IMG/VR virus record: IMGVR_UViG_3300044991_001466
Length of the DNA stretch: 64,000 nucleotides
DNA from: a virus
Lineage: Duplodnaviria > Caudoviricetes
Reading direction: 5' to 3' (one strand)
Shown here piece after piece: positions 28,783 to 39,831 of this stretch (position 1 is the first letter of the stretch; each line of letters opens with the position of its first letter). The position numbers were made by a program, and so were the translations under genes. The notes under the pieces were generated by a model that made no database searches, had not been told where the DNA came from, and worked only from the letters and a program-made list of their open reading frames with translations.

Positions 28783-29995
28783 GGATAGAAGTACTCATTT
28801 AAATACGTTTATTTCATACATGGAATCTTATTTAAAAGATTACACATATGAAATCATTGTTATTAATCAAGCGGATAACCAACCATTTAATAGAGGTAAA
28901 TTATTAAACATCGGCGCAAAATATGCCATAGACAATGGTTTTGATTATTTGTGTTTTCACGATGTAGATATGTTACCAATTAATGCAGATTACTCATATC
29001 CTAAAGAACCAACAAGTCTAATATCTGAATTGGAAAATAAAGAAGGTAATATATTTTTTACTTACTTTGGAGGTATCACTTTATTTAATATTCAAGATTT
29101 TATAACGGTGAATGGATATTCTAATAACTATTGGGGGTGGGGATATGAAGATACTGATTTATTTTATAGAGTTACACATAGCGGATTATTTTTTGATTCT
29201 GAAATGATTGGTGAGAATGACTATTCTTTATTTTCTGTTGAATTAAAAGAAGAGGATTATATAAAAATACCAATAGACTCTAAATTCATTGATGGCGATT
29301 TTAATATTAAATTAACCACAAAAGTTGAATCTAAGTATTTCGATGAGAATAAAAATTATGATGAATATCCAATATTATCCATACCGGGATATAACATTGG
29401 TATTTTTTATAATTCATTTAATAGATTTTTTATACAGGTTTATGATACTAATAAAAAACCATATTCAATTACAACGGACATTTTAGATGACGTAACATCA
29501 AGTTTTACATTTTCTAAGGTTAGGAATACAATTTCATTCTCAATGAATAACAAATTAATTGGTGAAGTTGTTATGGATAGTCCAATACTTAATTTAGACA
29601 ATGAATTTATGTATATAGGAACGTTCTCTGAAAAAGAAAAAATCGAATTTGATTTAACAATAATTGACATTGAAATTGACGACTATCATTTAGGTACAAA
29701 TGATTATGAATTAATAGGTGGCGTTATTAATTCTGATAAAATGATATCACATAGAACTTCAATACCAAAACCAATTAGAAGAGAAGGGTTATATCGTGAA
29801 TTATATCACGACAGTAACTCATCAATTAACAAATCTTGGGTACATAAAGAAACTAGAAATAATCAAATATTTTTTAATAATTTTGTTAAGCAAAATTTAA
29901 TTGATTTCACTAAAGAAGGATTAAACACACTTCAATATGAATTAATTTCGGAAAAAGATAATAATAACCATAAAATTTTGTCCGTATCATTATGA
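28748..29995 (+). CDS. GT7 galactosyltransferase-like enzyme with inserted LamG-like domain
   Basis: AIIVPYRDR, PFNRGKLLNIG, FHDVDMLP, YFGGI, NGYSNNYWGWGYEDTD, C-terminal GLNTLQYE. Confidence 0.88.
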   Translation: MKKKLAIIVPYRDRSTHLNTFISYMESYLKDYTYEIIVINQADNQPFNRGKLLNIGAKYAIDNGFDYLCFHDVDMLPINADYSYPKEPTSLISELENKEGNIFFTYFGGITLFNIQDFITVNGYSNNYWGWGYEDTDLFYRVTHSGLFFDSEMIGENDYSLFSVELKEEDYIKIPIDSKFIDGDFNIKLTTKVESKYFDENKNYDEYPILSIPGYNIGIFYNSFNRFFIQVYDTNKKPYSITTDILDDVTSSFTFSKVRNTISFSMNNKLIGEVVMDSPILNLDNEFMYIGTFSEKEKIEFDLTIIDIEIDDYHLGTNDYELIGGVINSDKMISHRTSIPKPIRREGLYRELYHDSNSSINKSWVHKETRNNQIFFNNFVKQNLIDFTKEGLNTLQYELISEKDNNNHKILSVSL

Positions 29996-31404
29996 GTCAT
30001 AAATTAGGGATTTGTATACCATATAGAAATAGAAAAGAACATTTAGATAAATTAGTTCCACATCTTTCTGAACATTTAACAAAACAAGGAATAGAACATA
30101 CTTTTTATGTTGGACATCAACTAGACGATAAATTATTTAACAGAGGGGCGATGAAAAACATTGCAGCTAAATATGCGTTTGAAGATGGGTGCGACTATAT
30201 TGCATGGCACGATGTGGATATGTTACCACAAGAAAATGCGGACTATTCGTACCCATCGGAAACCCCTGTACATATCGCAACTAAATTGTCAAAGTATAAT
30301 TATGGTTTAGGTTATGATCAATACTTTGGTGGCGTTGTATTATTCACAAAAGAACAAGTTGAAAAAACTAACGGATACTCAAATGATTATTGGGATTGGG
30401 GAATGGAAGATGATGATTTATTTTGGAGATCATATTTTGAAGGTATGACAACTGGTGATATCTTTAAAGAATATAAAAGTAAAAAAATAGGTATTTTCAA
30501 TGGAATAAATTCACATGTTGAAATACCTGCTAATAGAAAATTAGTAGAATGTTTAAATAAAAACCATACAATATCTTTTTTAGTTTGTGCAGAACAACAA
30601 CCAGAGAAAGTACCAATTTGGTTAATTGGTGACAAAGAAAAGAAATTTATCGAATATCCAATCTTTGTAAAAACGGGCGGTTACAATTATATGTTATCTT
30701 TTAATAACTCAAGAGCCTTCACGATGAAAGTATTTGACGAAAGAAGAAACCCAATTTATAATTGGATTAAAAGATTTGAATCTCTTTGGACTTGGGTTAC
30801 GTTATCAATAGACACAGAAAATAATCAAATGTATTTTTATCTAAATAACGAACTGACAAGAAATCAATTCGGTACCAAAGAAAATTTACCAATTTCTTAT
30901 GAAGGTAAACTAATGAGATATGATTTAAGAAATCCATTTATGATTGGATTTGATAATTTTACTAACACAAGATTTAAAGGTAAAATTGCAAGAATAAAAC
31001 TATATAATAAATTTTTTAATAGTGAAGAAATAAATAACATAATTGATGATAAATTAGATACTCCACTATTAAATTTTGATTTTGATAATTTAACGCAAGA
31101 GTATCAATTAAACAACATTGATTTAATAGATGAACAAATTCAAGTTATTGAAAATATTATACCATTTAGAAGAGAGGGGGTTTTTGATTGTCTATCACAT
31201 ATAGATGAGGGTTATGTAGGGGGTACGTGGAAAAAAGGTGAAACTACAGCTAAAAATGAAAAAAGGTTTGTTTCTGAAATGCAACAAGGATTGATTAATT
31301 ACAAAGAAGATGGTTTAAATAATATATTGAATGTAATGGATATTGATAATGTAGATGTATCTTTATATCCAAACACTAAATTTATAAATGTAAAAATGAA
31401 ATGA
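29992..31404 (+). CDS. GT7 galactosyltransferase-like enzyme with inserted LamG domain
   Basis: ICIPYRNR, LFNRGAMKN, WHDVDMLP, YFGGVV, NGYSNDYWDWGMEDDD; FKGKIARIKLYNKFF LamG end. Confidence 0.88.
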   Translation: MSHKLGICIPYRNRKEHLDKLVPHLSEHLTKQGIEHTFYVGHQLDDKLFNRGAMKNIAAKYAFEDGCDYIAWHDVDMLPQENADYSYPSETPVHIATKLSKYNYGLGYDQYFGGVVLFTKEQVEKTNGYSNDYWDWGMEDDDLFWRSYFEGMTTGDIFKEYKSKKIGIFNGINSHVEIPANRKLVECLNKNHTISFLVCAEQQPEKVPIWLIGDKEKKFIEYPIFVKTGGYNYMLSFNNSRAFTMKVFDERRNPIYNWIKRFESLWTWVTLSIDTENNQMYFYLNNELTRNQFGTKENLPISYEGKLMRYDLRNPFMIGFDNFTNTRFKGKIARIKLYNKFFNSEEINNIIDDKLDTPLLNFDFDNLTQEYQLNNIDLIDEQIQVIENIIPFRREGVFDCLSHIDEGYVGGTWKKGETTAKNEKRFVSEMQQGLINYKEDGLNNILNVMDIDNVDVSLYPNTKFINVKMK

Positions 31405-32786
31405 GCGACTTTGACGTAACCAAAAGTGAATTAGATAAGGTAGGTTGTGGTATGTGTTTAGCAAAATGGACACAAGTTACTATGCATTTACACAATGGAA
31501 TGACACACTCATGTCATCACCCTGTACCACATAAAATACCATTAAGTGAAATAAAAGAAAATCCAACAGCATTACACAATACCAAATATAAGAAATTGGC
31601 TCGTAAAGAAATGTTGGAAAATAAAAGACCTGGTGAATGTGACTATTGTTGGAATGTTGAAGATAATTCTAATTCATTTTCAGATAGAGTATTTAAATCA
31701 AATGAATCTTGGTCATTACCACATTTAGAAGAAATTAAAGGATTAAATTGGAAAGCAAATTATAACCCAAAATATGTTGAGGTAAGTTTTTCAAATACAT
31801 GTAATTTTAAATGTGCATATTGTAGTCCAATGGCATCTTCAAAGTGGGTTGAAGAAATTGAAAAATTTGGTGGGTACCCGTTGTCATATAATTTTAACAA
31901 TTTAGAGTGGTTAAAAGAAACTGGTCAGTTACCATATAAACAAACAGAATACAATCCGTATGTGGAATCTTTTTGGAATTGGTGGCCTGAATTGTATAGA
32001 GACTTACATACATTTAGAATAACGGGTGGTGAACCATTGTTAGCTAAAGATACTTGGAAGGTATTAGATTTTATTGCTGAGACACCCGAACCAAACAGAA
32101 AACTAAATTTATCTATTAATACCAATTTAGGTGTACCAAAAAACTTGATTAATGAGTTTGTTAAAAAGGCTAAGAAGATAATTGAGGAAGATAGGGTTAA
32201 CGAATTTATTATATTCACATCATGTGAAACATGGGGAGAACAAGCTGAGTACATTAGATTTGGTTTGAACTTTAATCAATTCTTAGAAAACGTTGAATAC
32301 ATTCTACAAGAGTTACCTAAAGTGACTATCAACATTATGTCTACATTCAATGCCTTATCACCATTTGGTTATGATAAGTTAATTGATAAGGTACAAGAAC
32401 TAAAAGAAAAGTACCAAAATAAAGAAAGATATTGGAATTCGGCAATTCAATTAGATACTGCTTATTTAAGATGGCCACCACATTTATCCGTTAAAATTCT
32501 GGATAGAGAACATAAGGATTTAATCTTAGAGTCAGCTAAAAAGGCATTCTATTATGCAACACCAAAATTCACAAACGATTACTTTGGATTTTCAGATACC
32601 GAAGTTCAAAAGATTAAAAGACTTTATGATTTTGCAATATCTGATGATGGATTTGAAGTTGAAAAGAACAGATTAGATTTTGTTAAATTTGTTGATGAAT
32701 ATGACATAAGAAAGGGTACGAATTTTTTAAATACATTCCCACAATTAGAAAACTTTTATAATGAAATTAGAAATAAAAAAAGGTGA
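31401..32786 (+). CDS. Radical SAM protein with N-terminal SPASM/twitch-like Cys cluster
   Basis: CLAKW...SCHH...CDYC; CNFKCAYC; ITGGEP. Confidence 0.9.
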   Translation: MSDFDVTKSELDKVGCGMCLAKWTQVTMHLHNGMTHSCHHPVPHKIPLSEIKENPTALHNTKYKKLARKEMLENKRPGECDYCWNVEDNSNSFSDRVFKSNESWSLPHLEEIKGLNWKANYNPKYVEVSFSNTCNFKCAYCSPMASSKWVEEIEKFGGYPLSYNFNNLEWLKETGQLPYKQTEYNPYVESFWNWWPELYRDLHTFRITGGEPLLAKDTWKVLDFIAETPEPNRKLNLSINTNLGVPKNLINEFVKKAKKIIEEDRVNEFIIFTSCETWGEQAEYIRFGLNFNQFLENVEYILQELPKVTINIMSTFNALSPFGYDKLIDKVQELKEKYQNKERYWNSAIQLDTAYLRWPPHLSVKILDREHKDLILESAKKAFYYATPKFTNDYFGFSDTEVQKIKRLYDFAISDDGFEVEKNRLDFVKFVDEYDIRKGTNFLNTFPQLENFYNEIRNKKR

Positions 32787-33348
32787 ACCATGGGTCATGT
32801 GGCCCGACCTATTAGTGGGTAATTTTAACAATTTTCCTGCTAATAAAATTTTTGACCACAAGGGTGACTATGTTTTTACAATCGAGTTTGAATTGGTTGA
32901 ACAAATCACCGATAAAGTGTGTTTATTCTCAAAATTACCGTCATATTTGGGGGTTGATTTAAGAAATGGAGGGATTACCTTCACTTATTCACAAAAGGAT
33001 AAGGAGACGGATTATATTGACGCCAATTACAACTGGTTGGTTGGTAAGAAATATGAATTGAAAATTGAAAAGAAAGAAAAAAATGTTATATTAACAATAG
33101 ACAAGTTTCAAATTTTTAATTTTAAAATTGAAAACGATTTAAAAGAAGATTCTGACTCACATATTATATTTGGGGCAGGTAATTTTCCTAAAAATGGGTT
33201 TAATTTAAATTATTTTAACGTTATATTATACAGTATTAAAATAGTAAAAGATGGTGAAGTAATTTCACATAATGACTTTGAAAAATTCATACACGGAAAA
33301 AGTTATGATATAACCGGTAACTGTAATTTTATTCACAAAATAATATAA
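32761..33348 (+). CDS. Stand-alone LamG-like protein
   Basis: Beta-rich, similar to the inserts in the GT7 genes; ends HKII. Confidence 0.5.
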   Translation: MKLEIKKGEPWVMWPDLLVGNFNNFPANKIFDHKGDYVFTIEFELVEQITDKVCLFSKLPSYLGVDLRNGGITFTYSQKDKETDYIDANYNWLVGKKYELKIEKKEKNVILTIDKFQIFNFKIENDLKEDSDSHIIFGAGNFPKNGFNLNYFNVILYSIKIVKDGEVISHNDFEKFIHGKSYDITGNCNFIHKII

Positions 33349-33352
33349 AAAT

Positions 33353-34798
33353 ATGTCAGAAGAATTAAGAGAATGGAGAGAAAAACACTTAAACTCAATT
33401 AGTTGTAGTTTTTGTGCCGCAAAATGGTATAATGCAAGTCTCCATTTAGGTCATGGATTTACAAACTCATGTCACCTACCGTTACCACATCCTATTGATT
33501 TAGAAGAGATTAAAACAAACCCTTCTGCGCTTCATAATACCCAACACAAAAAGGAAATGCGTAGAATGATGTTAACGGGAGTAAAACCCGCTGAATGTTC
33601 GTATTGTTGGAAAATTGAAGATATTGGTAGAGGTAATATTTCTGATAGAGTTTACAAAAGTCAAATCTATAAAGATGAAGACATTGCAGCATTAAAAGAC
33701 ATTCCTTGGGATCAAGACATTCCATTAAAAACGGTTGAGGTTAGTTTTGACCGTATATGTAATTTTGCTTGCAGTTACTGTAATTCCGGTTACAGTACAA
33801 CTTGGGGTAAAGACATTAGAAATAATGGGGCATATCAAAAGTTTAAAACCAGTAGTGCCGGCGCATATTACGCTGATGGTTCTTGGTCTGAAGTATATGG
33901 AAAATATGGTGAAGATAATCCATATGTAAAAGCGTTCTTAGATTGGTGGCCTGAATTGTCACAAACATTAGAAGAGATTAGAATTACTGGTGGTGAACCA
34001 TCACAAAGTCATAATTTTTGGCAGTTCATGGAGTTAATGAAAAAACATCCATCTAAAAATTTAAGACTTGCAATTAACTCTAACTTAGGTTTAAACGAAG
34101 CTACCGTTCAAAAATTAATTGACATCACCAAAGAAGTGGAGGTTAAAGAGTTTGACATTTATACGAGTAATGAATCATATGGTAAACATGCTGAATACAT
34201 TAGAGATGGTTTGAAATATGATATTTGGAGAAATAATGTGGTTAAAGTTATTGAAAACGCTAACATTAGACAACTTGTTATAATGATGACCATTAATAGT
34301 TTATGTCTTTTTAGTATCACTGAATTTTTAGATGATATGTTAGAAATTAAAGGTAAATATGGTGCACATAAATTGATTGTTGATTTTAATATATTAAGAT
34401 GGCCAGCCTTTATGTCACCATTAACATTACCCGATGATATTAAACATGATTTACACGGTAAGTTATCAATGTGGTGGAGAAAACATAAATCTAATAAGTT
34501 AATTAATATGCATGAAGGTGCACAAATACAAAGACTGATAGATTATATTGAAGTGGTAAATAGAGGTCACAATACGACTGAAATGGATAAGAGTTTACAA
34601 TACCATGATTTTAAAAGTTTTTATAATCAATATGATATCCGTAGAAATAAAAACTTCAATGAAACATTCCCTGAACTATCTGAATGGTATGATTCTTTAG
34701 AAATTGATATGACAATACCTGATGTAAGAGTTACCGACGGTAGAATAACACATTATGAGGCTGGCGAATACGAGTCTGATATTAAAAATAATAATTAA
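33353..34798 (+). CDS. Radical SAM protein with N-terminal SPASM/twitch-like Cys cluster
   Basis: CAAKW...SCH...CSYC; CNFACSYC; ITGGEP; paralog of 31401. Confidence 0.9.
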   Translation: MSEELREWREKHLNSISCSFCAAKWYNASLHLGHGFTNSCHLPLPHPIDLEEIKTNPSALHNTQHKKEMRRMMLTGVKPAECSYCWKIEDIGRGNISDRVYKSQIYKDEDIAALKDIPWDQDIPLKTVEVSFDRICNFACSYCNSGYSTTWGKDIRNNGAYQKFKTSSAGAYYADGSWSEVYGKYGEDNPYVKAFLDWWPELSQTLEEIRITGGEPSQSHNFWQFMELMKKHPSKNLRLAINSNLGLNEATVQKLIDITKEVEVKEFDIYTSNESYGKHAEYIRDGLKYDIWRNNVVKVIENANIRQLVIMMTINSLCLFSITEFLDDMLEIKGKYGAHKLIVDFNILRWPAFMSPLTLPDDIKHDLHGKLSMWWRKHKSNKLINMHEGAQIQRLIDYIEVVNRGHNTTEMDKSLQYHDFKSFYNQYDIRRNKNFNETFPELSEWYDSLEIDMTIPDVRVTDGRITHYEAGEYESDIKNNN

Positions 34799-34800
34799 TA

Positions 34801-36081
34801 ATGAATTTCTTATTTGAAGATTTTGATAATTGGGGAAATTTAATTTCATGTGAAGATGTAAATCCGTCTGGAATAAAAAGATTTACAAGGTCACCACTAT
34901 TAAATGCTGCTAGTATTTACCATTCATTTAATAAATTGGATAACTTTATTCAATATAAAAATTCAGATGAAAATGTTGACGGTTACTACATCATATCTTT
35001 AGGTGTTAATCACAGCCCTGAAGATTGGACTGGATATAACTCAAACAAAAAAAGTCTATTCTCATATATTAGTGAGAAATATTTAACCGATATTAAAATA
35101 GGTAAAGCATTCTTACTGATTGACCAAAGTTTTGAAGGTTATCAATCTTCTTGGTTATGGGATTGGTTTCATACAGAATGTAGTATATTCGACATACCAC
35201 CTAAACAAATTATATATGTAACGGGTAATATGATTGTTGATGTGTTCTATAATGATTGGGCAAACACTAATAACATTTCTGAACGAATTAAAGTTGTTGG
35301 TTATTCTCATTTTGAATTAGATATGGCAATGGAGTGTTATCGAAAAGGTGAGACTGAAAATCCATTACACACTTTTAATGAAAATTTAAATTATAAGATT
35401 GATAATGTTGATAAAATAAAAACATACGCGTGTTTAAACAAAAGATTAAGAAATCATAGAATATGGTTTTATAAATATCTATACCATTCAGGTCTATTGG
35501 AAAAAGGGTTGGTTAGTATGAATAAGTTTGGGGAATACAATCATTATTTCGAAGGTAAAGAAATGAGTAAGTTAGAAGTTTCAATTATTACTAAAAACTT
35601 ACCTTTATTGGTTTATGATAAACGTAATGATGAACTTGACGATAATTTTTACATTAGAAGATTTAATGATGAAGTTTGTTTAGATACCTATATGACAGTT
35701 ATCAGCGAAGCTCAATGTAATGATAGTGATAACACCATGTTTTTAAGTGAAAAAACATTTAAAGTCATTGCTTGTAGACATCCTTTTATTATCATGGGAA
35801 ATAAAGATAGTATGAGAATGATGAGGGAAATTGGTTATAAAACATTTGATGGTTTTATAGATGAAGGATATGATAATTTACCGGCACATGATAGATTACA
35901 ATATATTGTTGAATCTATAAGAAAGGTGGATAACATTAAAGATAAAATTGAATGGTATAAGTCAATGGAAGATATTTTGGAATACAACTATAATACACTG
36001 ATAAATAAACTATATAAAATACCTAAAGAGTTTAACGATATTCGTAAATATTGTCAAACTATATATAAAAAAATGTTATAA
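34801..36081 (+). CDS. GT-B/GT10-like putative glycosyltransferase, paralog 1 of 4
   Basis: CLNKRLRNHR, TVISE...FLSEKTFKVI..RHPFIIMGN...YKTFDGFIDEGYD. Confidence 0.55.
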   Translation: MNFLFEDFDNWGNLISCEDVNPSGIKRFTRSPLLNAASIYHSFNKLDNFIQYKNSDENVDGYYIISLGVNHSPEDWTGYNSNKKSLFSYISEKYLTDIKIGKAFLLIDQSFEGYQSSWLWDWFHTECSIFDIPPKQIIYVTGNMIVDVFYNDWANTNNISERIKVVGYSHFELDMAMECYRKGETENPLHTFNENLNYKIDNVDKIKTYACLNKRLRNHRIWFYKYLYHSGLLEKGLVSMNKFGEYNHYFEGKEMSKLEVSIITKNLPLLVYDKRNDELDDNFYIRRFNDEVCLDTYMTVISEAQCNDSDNTMFLSEKTFKVIACRHPFIIMGNKDSMRMMREIGYKTFDGFIDEGYDNLPAHDRLQYIVESIRKVDNIKDKIEWYKSMEDILEYNYNTLINKLYKIPKEFNDIRKYCQTIYKKML

Positions 36082-36082
36082 A

Positions 36083-37060
36083 ATGTACGATTGGTATAAA
36101 TGGAAATTAATTGATAAATTACAAAAAAATTCCAAAGCAATTATTGGAATTGGAGATAGCTTTACTCAAGGTCAGGGCGCATGTTCTATTGAGTTATGGA
36201 AAAAACATAATTGGGATTTAGGTGGTGTTGGAATTAAAGATGAAAGAGAGTTACTCACATCTTTTTATGAAAATTCTTGGGTTAATAAATTATGTACAAA
36301 TCATTTTACTGACCACATACCAATTAATTTAGGTATGGTTGGAAGGGGTAATAGAGGTGCGGTAAAAGAACTTTATTTACATCCAGAACTTAATTTAGAA
36401 TCTATAGAAGAAAAGATAGTAATTTTCATGTTAACAGGTATTGAACGATTTGATTTTATACATAAAAATTTACATGAACATATTCATTTTTTAACAATTT
36501 GGCCAGACCCAATGGCACAAGGAGACCACTCCAAATTATGGACAGAATATTACGAATCAATTTGGAGTGATAAATTTGGTATAATTGAAATGTTATTGAG
36601 TATAGCCGAAGCCAAAACATGGTGTAAAGCCCATAATGCTAAATTATATTTAATAAGCGCATTTAGACCTGAATATGAAAGACAACCATTTATAAGAGGA
36701 ATTATGGGTGATATTGATGATGAATCAAATTATCTATATAAACAAACTGAATATATAAAAAGTTTAGTTGATATTATTGATTGGAAAAAATTTATTAGAC
36801 CAAATGGATTTAAGTGTGTTAGTGATTTTCTTTGTTCATTAGAAAATAGAGATGATTTAATTGAAGAAATTGGGTCTGCAAAGTATTATGAATTTGCTGG
36901 AAAAATTAAAAAATTTAGTCCTAAAGGATATGTTACAAATTGTGCGCATCCATCTCAAAAAGGACACGAAGCAATTGCAAAATCAATATATGAATCAATC
37001 ATTGAAGATTTAAATAAAGAAGAAGAAATAATAACAAATAAAACAAAAAATTTAATATAA
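36083..37060 (+). CDS. SGNH/GDSL-like protein
   Basis: GDSFTQGQG, NLGMVGRGN, AHPSQKGHEAIA; ends KNLI. Confidence 0.7.
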   Translation: MYDWYKWKLIDKLQKNSKAIIGIGDSFTQGQGACSIELWKKHNWDLGGVGIKDERELLTSFYENSWVNKLCTNHFTDHIPINLGMVGRGNRGAVKELYLHPELNLESIEEKIVIFMLTGIERFDFIHKNLHEHIHFLTIWPDPMAQGDHSKLWTEYYESIWSDKFGIIEMLLSIAEAKTWCKAHNAKLYLISAFRPEYERQPFIRGIMGDIDDESNYLYKQTEYIKSLVDIIDWKKFIRPNGFKCVSDFLCSLENRDDLIEEIGSAKYYEFAGKIKKFSPKGYVTNCAHPSQKGHEAIAKSIYESIIEDLNKEEEIITNKTKNLI

Positions 37061-37498
37061 ATGGAACAAAGAAGATTTTTACCAACGTTATCGGAATTAA
37101 TAGATAGATTATCTATTGTGCAATTAAAAGAAGTTTTTATAACTGACCATAAAAAAGAATATGCACAAGAAATATCAGACATCACACATGACATTCAATT
37201 AATACTTGAAGAGAAAGATGTTGTTATTACTGGTGAAATGTTAAGAGCGGTTATTGTTTGTTCTCAGATGAATTTACATATTTGGCATAACGAATCTAAT
37301 GTAAGAAGTGGTAAAGAAGGTCCAAGTAAATTGGCGTTAACTCATGGTCTTAATGGTATAAGAAATACCGCCAAAAACAAAATTCAAGAAGTAGTTGGCG
37401 GTAGAAAAGACTATAAGATTGATTGTATAGCCGCAGATTTTAAAGATTGGGAAATTAGTTGGAATAATACAACTCAGGATACTCAACAACAAGGTTAA
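37061..37498 (+). CDS. Hypothetical helical protein (DUF4254-like)
   Basis: TLSELIDRLSIVQLKE, NLHIWHNE..R, NGIRN..KNKI. Confidence 0.5.
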   Translation: MEQRRFLPTLSELIDRLSIVQLKEVFITDHKKEYAQEISDITHDIQLILEEKDVVITGEMLRAVIVCSQMNLHIWHNESNVRSGKEGPSKLALTHGLNGIRNTAKNKIQEVVGGRKDYKIDCIAADFKDWEISWNNTTQDTQQQG

Positions 37499-38003
37499 TA
37501 CCACCTTTTTCATACGCATTCCTATAAACATCTTCGATTGTGTCCCACTTGGTTAAATCATAGATACCAATGTTGGGACACATTGATTTAAATTCGTTAA
37601 TATAGTTTCCTCTATGTTGATGACCAGGGTCTAACGGTTTATCTGAACCTTTACCTAATCGTATAATCATATTTGGATTCCATTCTCCTTTACTCATCAA
37701 CCCAATTTTATCAACGTGGTTGATTAATTGATTTGCAGCACAAATAATAAAATCCCACCTTGGATAAAATGTAATTACAAATTTACCGGCCATTGCCATA
37801 CCTAACGACATTCCCATTTGAGATTCTTCCATAACCGGTAACTCAATCATTTTTTCTTTTGGTACATCACCTATAGTTGTACTCATAGGATTACCGTGCC
37901 AAAGGACTTGTTGACCAATAAAAACTGTATCTTCTTGTTGACCAAGGTATGTCATTGAATTAGTTAGTGCGTCCTTATATGGGGTGTATTCTGGTTGACT
38001 CAT
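37455..38003 (-). CDS. ThDP-dependent E1-beta/transketolase pyrimidine-binding subunit (short)
   Basis: VFIGQQV, IELPVMEESQMGMSLGMAMAG, NQLINH; 182 aa with no transketolase C-terminal domain. Confidence 0.85.
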   Translation of the reverse strand: MSQPEYTPYKDALTNSMTYLGQQEDTVFIGQQVLWHGNPMSTTIGDVPKEKMIELPVMEESQMGMSLGMAMAGKFVITFYPRWDFIICAANQLINHVDKIGLMSKGEWNPNMIIRLGKGSDKPLDPGHQHRGNYINEFKSMCPNIGIYDLTKWDTIEDVYRNAYEKGGINLVVEYPELYYSN

Positions 38004-38830
38004 TTTAAATCTTTTTCTATGTTTTCAATTATGTTTTTTGCAATTATTTCGTGACATTCTTTAGAAGGATGATGATCATCAGGTGGGGTCTTACCAAAAT
38101 GTTCTGTATCAAATTTTATTCTAAGATGTGAAAAATTATCTTGTAATTCTCTTATTGTTAAGTGTTCAATATCGTTATGTTTTAATTTAATAAATCTTTC
38201 ATTTAAAAAATCGTCTTTTAATATGTCTGGAACTAAATTATCTTCCCACGCTAATATTCGGGTTTTAATACCCTTTCCTTCGTAAAACTTTAATTCTTTT
38301 TTTAATCTAGCAATTTGTTTTTGTGTGTGATCAACAATCCAATCATCAAAGGTCATATTGTTTTTATCCATCCAATTAAAAAATTTCTCACTATTCCAAC
38401 CAATATCTTTACTGTGTGGCCAAACACTAGCATGTTCAATTACTCCCTGATCAATGAAATAAAATTTGTTTCTCCAAATTTGAGATAATTGAATTACAAT
38501 GTAATCAAAATCATCATAATCATATCTTTCAGTTGAAAGATGTTTATTAGCATCAATGTTATCTTTAAAGTTGAATATTGTTTGAAAAAAATCAAATGTT
38601 TCATCTTCACAACCACCGTTCATCTTTTTAAACACTTCAAATGTTTTAAAATGGTTTGCAATTAATCTTGGGTATCTTAAAGTATCTCTATATTTTCTGT
38701 GTGCGTCATTAACGCTTTTATCGTTATATGTATATTCATTTACTGGATAAACCAATCTATTTAATTCTGAATAAAAATATAATCCTTGACCCCATGTGAA
38801 TGAACAACCCCCAAATAAAATTCCTTTCAT
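38000..38830 (-). CDS. SGNH/GDSL-like protein
   Basis: GCSFTWGQG, DDHHPSKECHEIIA. Confidence 0.7.
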   Translation of the reverse strand: MKGILFGGCSFTWGQGLYFYSELNRLVYPVNEYTYNDKSVNDAHRKYRDTLRYPRLIANHFKTFEVFKKMNGGCEDETFDFFQTIFNFKDNIDANKHLSTERYDYDDFDYIVIQLSQIWRNKFYFIDQGVIEHASVWPHSKDIGWNSEKFFNWMDKNNMTFDDWIVDHTQKQIARLKKELKFYEGKGIKTRILAWEDNLVPDILKDDFLNERFIKLKHNDIEHLTIRELQDNFSHLRIKFDTEHFGKTPPDDHHPSKECHEIIAKNIIENIEKDLK

Positions 38831-38836
38831 GTTTTA

Positions 38837-39808
38837 TTAATTAAATTCTTCTTTATTTTCTATATACCAAATATACGCCAATTTAAGTCCAACCTCAAGG
38901 TTTGTTTTAGCTTCCCAACCCAAATTTTCTTTAATTTTATTAGAATCTATTCTACGTGTTGGTATCATAGATGGTTTACCTTGTATGTATTCTGTAGGCG
39001 CTTCATAATCAACAATGTGTTTCATTTTTTCTAATACATCGTTTACCGAATAAACCTCGTTTGAACCTACATTATATACTTGAAACATTTCAGTTTCTTT
39101 TTCCATAACAATTTGTAACGCTTCAACAAAATCTTCAATATAAAGTAAATCTCTTAATTCACTACCATCACCCCATACAGGAATTGGATTCATTTTATCT
39201 GCAACTTTACGAATGGTTGCCGGAGTTACGTGACATTTGTTAAAATCATACTTATCGTGAGGACCAAATAAATTCGCAGGTCTAATAACCGTACATTTCA
39301 TTTTTACAGGTAGATACTTACCATATAACTCACATTGAACTTCAGCATAACGTTTCATCCAACCAACAGGGAAGTAAACAGGGTAAGGTTCATTAAACAA
39401 GAAATCAGTCTCAACAACGGGTTCATCACCTTTAGGTGGATAAACTGTGTTAGATGATAAGAAAATGTAATGTTGAACTTTATTTCTCCAACTGGCATCA
39501 ATTAAGAAGTTATTCATTGCGACATTTGGGGTAACATGAGCTAACGGGTCTACCACAGTGTCAACCGCGTTTGAAGTTGAAGCGGCTGCGTGAAAAACAA
39601 CATTAACACCTTCAGTTGCCTCTCGACATCCTTGATATGTTTGTAAATCATGTTGAGTATATTCTACATTATCGTATTTAGTTCTAACACCACGTTTGTG
39701 TAAATTAACTCTTAAATTTGTATATCCTTCCTTTATTAATCTTGCGGTTAAATTTTGACCTACTAATCCCGAACCACCAGTGATTAATATTTTAGAATTC
39801 TTATTCAT
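38837..39808 (-). CDS. NAD-dependent epimerase/reductase, GDP-L-fucose synthase-like
   Basis: TGGSGLVG, FHAAA, FLSSNTVYP, RPANLFGPHD, VWGDGSELRDLLY. Confidence 0.88.
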   Translation of the reverse strand: MNKNSKILITGGSGLVGQNLTARLIKEGYTNLRVNLHKRGVRTKYDNVEYTQHDLQTYQGCREATEGVNVVFHAAASTSNAVDTVVDPLAHVTPNVAMNNFLIDASWRNKVQHYIFLSSNTVYPPKGDEPVVETDFLFNEPYPVYFPVGWMKRYAEVQCELYGKYLPVKMKCTVIRPANLFGPHDKYDFNKCHVTPATIRKVADKMNPIPVWGDGSELRDLLYIEDFVEALQIVMEKETEMFQVYNVGSNEVYSVNDVLEKMKHIVDYEAPTEYIQGKPSMIPTRRIDSNKIKENLGWEAKTNLEVGLKLAYIWYIENKEEFN

Positions 39809-39831
39809 TGTTTTATTTTTAATTATGTTAT

